From Chloroflexota bacterium (GTDB taxonomy: Bacteria > Chloroflexota > UBA11872 > VXOZ01), in assembly GCA_963663275.1 (NCBI GenBank), contig OY760183.1:1792001-1856000 (forward strand): a DNA stretch of 64,000 nt. Direction: 5' to 3'. How positions within the stretch are numbered: position 1 is the stretch's first letter; each line of letters opens with the position of its first letter. The translations under genes were made by a program, and so were the position numbers. The notes under the pieces are model-generated. The model did no database searches. It had not been told where the DNA came from and was given only the letters and a program-made list of their open reading frames with translations. This document shows positions 60,954-64,000 of this stretch, piece by piece.

Positions 60954-61565
60954 GGTTGGCCTCCTCCGCGCAACTGCGTAGACTGAAAACCGCAAAGTTT
61001 CCCCTTTACGTGCAGGGGAGACTTCCGTACAGGGTATTGTATACCAGTTATCCGGCAGTGCGGCAAGAGGTTCCAGCGTATTTGCGTGGTGGCGTCCGGT
61101 CGGTGGGCGTCTCTCTGCAAGGACTTATCCCGACTGCCCGCCGCGCGGACGACCGCCGACGCGCCCGTGCCAAGGCGTGGCGCTACACTCGTCAGTGCGG
61201 AATTAGTAGCACTAGACTTGGCAGCTATGCCGGGCCGCGCTTCTGTCATTCCGAGCGGAGCGAGGAATCTAATCGTCCCCGCACACGAGATTCTTCGTCG
61301 CTGCGCTCCTCAGAATGACAGGTAGAGAAGTCGCCTTGGGTGTTGCCGCGAGCGACTGTCTACTTGCCTGCGCAAAGTAAGTCCAAGTCTACTAAATCCG
61401 CGTCAGTGGCAACTTGACACCTACGGGCGGCTCACATTCTAATATGAGGGTGGTTGTCTGCTCTTTAGCCCGACGAACGACACGCCGGTCTCGGCGCCCG
61501 TGCTCCTCGCCGGTCCCGCGCGTGCTCGCTACTGACCGCGCATATCGCCTGAAAGGAAGCGCTCC

Positions 61566-62432
61566 ATGCTCCAACTCGCCATAATCGGACTTAGCCCCCA
61601 GCACCCCCGCTCGTTTTCAGAACTTATCAACAAGGAAAACCCAAACGGGGAAGGCCTGAACGGTGTGGCCCGCATCTCGATGCTCTGGGACCGGGACCGG
61701 GCGGCGGCGGATGAATTCGTGGCCGAACATGGGCTGGATACGGCGCTCGACGAGCCAACGGCGGCGATCGGCAAGGCCGACGGCGTGCTGGTGCTGGAAG
61801 ACCCCGGCGACACCCACCTGGAACTGGCGCGGCCGTACCTGGAGGCGGGCGTGCCGACCTTCGTGGATAAGCCCTTTGCGCTGGGCATCGACCACGCGAA
61901 AGAGATGGTGCGGCTGGCGCAGGCCCACAATACGCCGCTGATGTCGTCGTCGGCGCTGCGGTACGCGCGGGAAGTCATCGACTTCAAGGCAAACGAAAAG
62001 GAACTGGTGGGCGAAACGCGCGTGGCCGTGGCAACCGGCCCAAGTGAGTTGGTCTACTACGGCATCCACGCGGCGGAACTCTTCTATACGGTGATGGGCC
62101 CCGGCATCGCCTGGGTGCGCAACGAGTACACCGACGAGTACGACCTGGTCCACGTGCGCTACCAAGACGGACGCGCCGTGACCATGCAGATCATCCGCAC
62201 GGCCCGCTACGGCTTTTTGCTCAACGTCTACGGCACCGAGGGCAGCGCCGAAATCGCGGTGCGGGACGCCAACTTCTTTTACGCCGAGCAGATGCGCGCC
62301 GTGGTGCGCATGATTCAGACCCGGGAGAATCCCATACCGCATGAGGAAATGCTGGAGATAATCGGCATGCTGGTGGCGGCGGAGCAGTCCGGCAAGACCG
62401 GCGAGCGGGTGGAACTGGCTTCGGTACTGTGA
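61566..62432 (+). CDS. Gfo/Idh/MocA family oxidoreductase
   Basis: LAIIG, PTFVDKP, SSSALRY, YYGIH. Confidence 0.88.
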   Translation: MLQLAIIGLSPQHPRSFSELINKENPNGEGLNGVARISMLWDRDRAAADEFVAEHGLDTALDEPTAAIGKADGVLVLEDPGDTHLELARPYLEAGVPTFVDKPFALGIDHAKEMVRLAQAHNTPLMSSSALRYAREVIDFKANEKELVGETRVAVATGPSELVYYGIHAAELFYTVMGPGIAWVRNEYTDEYDLVHVRYQDGRAVTMQIIRTARYGFLLNVYGTEGSAEIAVRDANFFYAEQMRAVVRMIQTRENPIPHEEMLEIIGMLVAAEQSGKTGERVELASVL

Positions 62433-62643
62433 GAGTCCGTTCTATGAGGGTTTTTGCGACCGTTCGCGCTGAGCCTGCGGAAGCGCGGGAACAGCGTATT
62501 GCTCGTTCGCTCTGAGCCTGCGGAAGCGCCGCAAGAACGTATTGCCCGTTCGCGCTGAGCTTGTCGAAGCGCCGGGTATGAAAGGGCATTGTACGCGCCG
62601 AATCAAGACGCGGGGGAATTAGCCCCAAGGGTGTCGCGTTAAC

Positions 62644-62748
62644 GTAGCGCGGGGGCTTGTCCCCCGCCGGAGCAGGTGGGCAGACACGAAAGGGTCTTAT
62701 CGTACAGAGACGCAGGTTATGCGCACGTCTCGTGCGAACCTGCGCTAC
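62644..62748. repeat. REP doublet A + inverted long-loop B
   Basis: A at 62644-62667; CGCAGGTTATGCGCACGTCTCGTGCGAACCTGCGCTAC at 62711-62748. Confidence 0.85.
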
Positions 62749-62799
62749 CGGAGGTATGAGGGGTGGTTCTTGTTCACGTTGCGTTTACGGCGACAGCAT

Positions 62800-63040
62800 T
62801 GGGGGCAAGCCGCCGTGTTACGGTGTGGGAATGATAGACGAGCGAAGAGGCGGGGGACAAGCCCCCGCGCTACGGTGTGGGTAAGATAAACGAGCGAAGA
62901 GGCGGGGGACAAGCCCCCGCGCTACGGTGGGGGAATGATAGACGAGCGAAGAGGCGGGGGACAAGCCCCCGCGCTACGATTGGGGAGAGATAGACGGGCC
63001 AAGAGGCGGAGGACAAGCCCCCGCGCTACGGTGGGGGTAG
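62800..63040. repeat. 52-bp tandem repeat, 4 units plus a degenerate one, each containing an inverted family A REP
   Basis: Units start at 62837, 62889, 62941, 62993. Confidence 0.92.
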
Positions 63041-63235
63041 AGTGAATAAGGCATACATCGGCAAGAGAGCATTCGCCGCGTTCAAGCGCTTAGCTGGGCT
63101 ACATAAGGAGAAGCGCCGCAATCAACCCGCCGTTCACCCTTCGACAAGCTCAGAAACTGTCTTAGGTGTCAAGGGGCAGTGGCGGGATTCCAGGGCGAAC
63201 GGCTGGTCGCACTCACATAAGGAGAAGTGTCATCT

Positions 63236-64000
63236 ATGCGCATCGTTGACGTAAACGTAATTCCCATCGCTCTCAGCGACCCGCCGTTGCGCAACTCGTG
63301 GGGCGTGCACGAGCCGGTGGCGCTGCGCGTGATCGTGCGCCTCACCACGGACGACGGCTGCGTGGGCTGGGGCGAGACCTACGGCGGCGAGGAAATGGCG
63401 CGGAAACTACAAAGCGCCGCCGCCATCGTGCGGGGACAGGACCCGGCGCAGTTCAACCGGACGCGCATCCTCATCAACAATCCGCCGGTCTTTGCCGCCT
63501 ACGAGACCGCTATGCTGGACCTCCTGGGCAAGCAAACCGGCCGGCCGGTCTGCGACGTGCTCGGCGGCAAGATACGCGATACGGTGCCCTACTCGGCGTA
63601 TCTCTTCTACAAGTACGCCGGTGACGATGAGTGGGGCGAGGCGATGAGTCCGGAGCAACTCGTGGAGCAGGCGGAAGTGTTCGTGGAGCGATACGGCTTT
63701 CAAACGCTCAAGCTGAAAGGGGGCGTGCTGCCGCCGATGGAGGAAGCCGAGACCATGCGCCAACTGCGCGAGCGCTTCCCGGACCATGAACTGCGCATCG
63801 ACCCCAACGCCATCTGGTCGGTGGAGACGAGCATCCGGTTCGCCGGCTGGGTGGAAGACCTGGATCTGGAGTACTACGAGGATCCGGCGCCGGACCTGGC
63901 GGGCATGGCGGCCGTGGCGCAAGGGACGCCGATTCCACTGGCGACGAACATGGTGGTGACCGCTTTTCCGCACATCCCGCCGGCCGTGCAGATGGAAGCG
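63236..64000 (+). CDS. Enolase-superfamily dehydratase (glucarate dehydratase-like), truncated by window edge
   Basis: Read by eye: MRIVDVNVIPIALSDPPLRNSWGVHEP...GWGETYGG...YSAYLFYK...KLKGGV...LRIDPN...YYEDP...LATNM; AAGGAG RBS. Confidence 0.88.
   Translation, partial: MRIVDVNVIPIALSDPPLRNSWGVHEPVALRVIVRLTTDDGCVGWGETYGGEEMARKLQSAAAIVRGQDPAQFNRTRILINNPPVFAAYETAMLDLLGKQTGRPVCDVLGGKIRDTVPYSAYLFYKYAGDDEWGEAMSPEQLVEQAEVFVERYGFQTLKLKGGVLPPMEEAETMRQLRERFPDHELRIDPNAIWSVETSIRFAGWVEDLDLEYYEDPAPDLAGMAAVAQGTPIPLATNMVVTAFPHIPPAVQMEA

Noticed and set aside
62837-63040. CRISPR array
   Set aside because: Spacers are only about 15 bp and resemble each other; the repeat is a dispersed REP; no cas genes in the window

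Overview
High-GC bacterial chromosomal segment. A Chloroflexota origin, possibly host- or sponge-associated, is inferred from the short EF-Ts, the RR...LLAACG lipoprotein solute-binding proteins, the expanded Gfo/Idh/MocA and enolase families and the plant-type LRR proteins; it is not proven. Housekeeping blocks are a metal ABC transporter, rqcH, rpsB-tsf-pyrH-frr-uppS-cdsA, leuCD, fabG and trxB-clpP-clpX. They alternate with catabolic genes: six Gfo/Idh/MocA oxidoreductases, two enolase-superfamily enzymes, PhyH, RraA-like, Fe-ADH, two PHP-type metallohydrolases, DUF2961, a ceramidase-like enzyme and two orphan solute-binding proteins. Accessory modules are an ABC-type ATPase plus TOPRIM-like gene pair (defence candidate), an orphan DPQY DNA methyltransferase, a PIN toxin with an unusual antitoxin, a PaREP1/HEPN-like gene, and an AT-richer locus with two beta-propeller plus plant-type LRR paralogs. 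The strongest non-coding signal is a dense, nested repeat system: at least five palindromic repeat families, recurrent heterodimeric GTAG REP doublets (one inverted pair brackets a whole gene), and short MITE-like elements inserted with target duplications into other repeats. No rRNA, tRNA, true CRISPR array or transposase gene was seen. All family calls come from motif recognition, not database searches.
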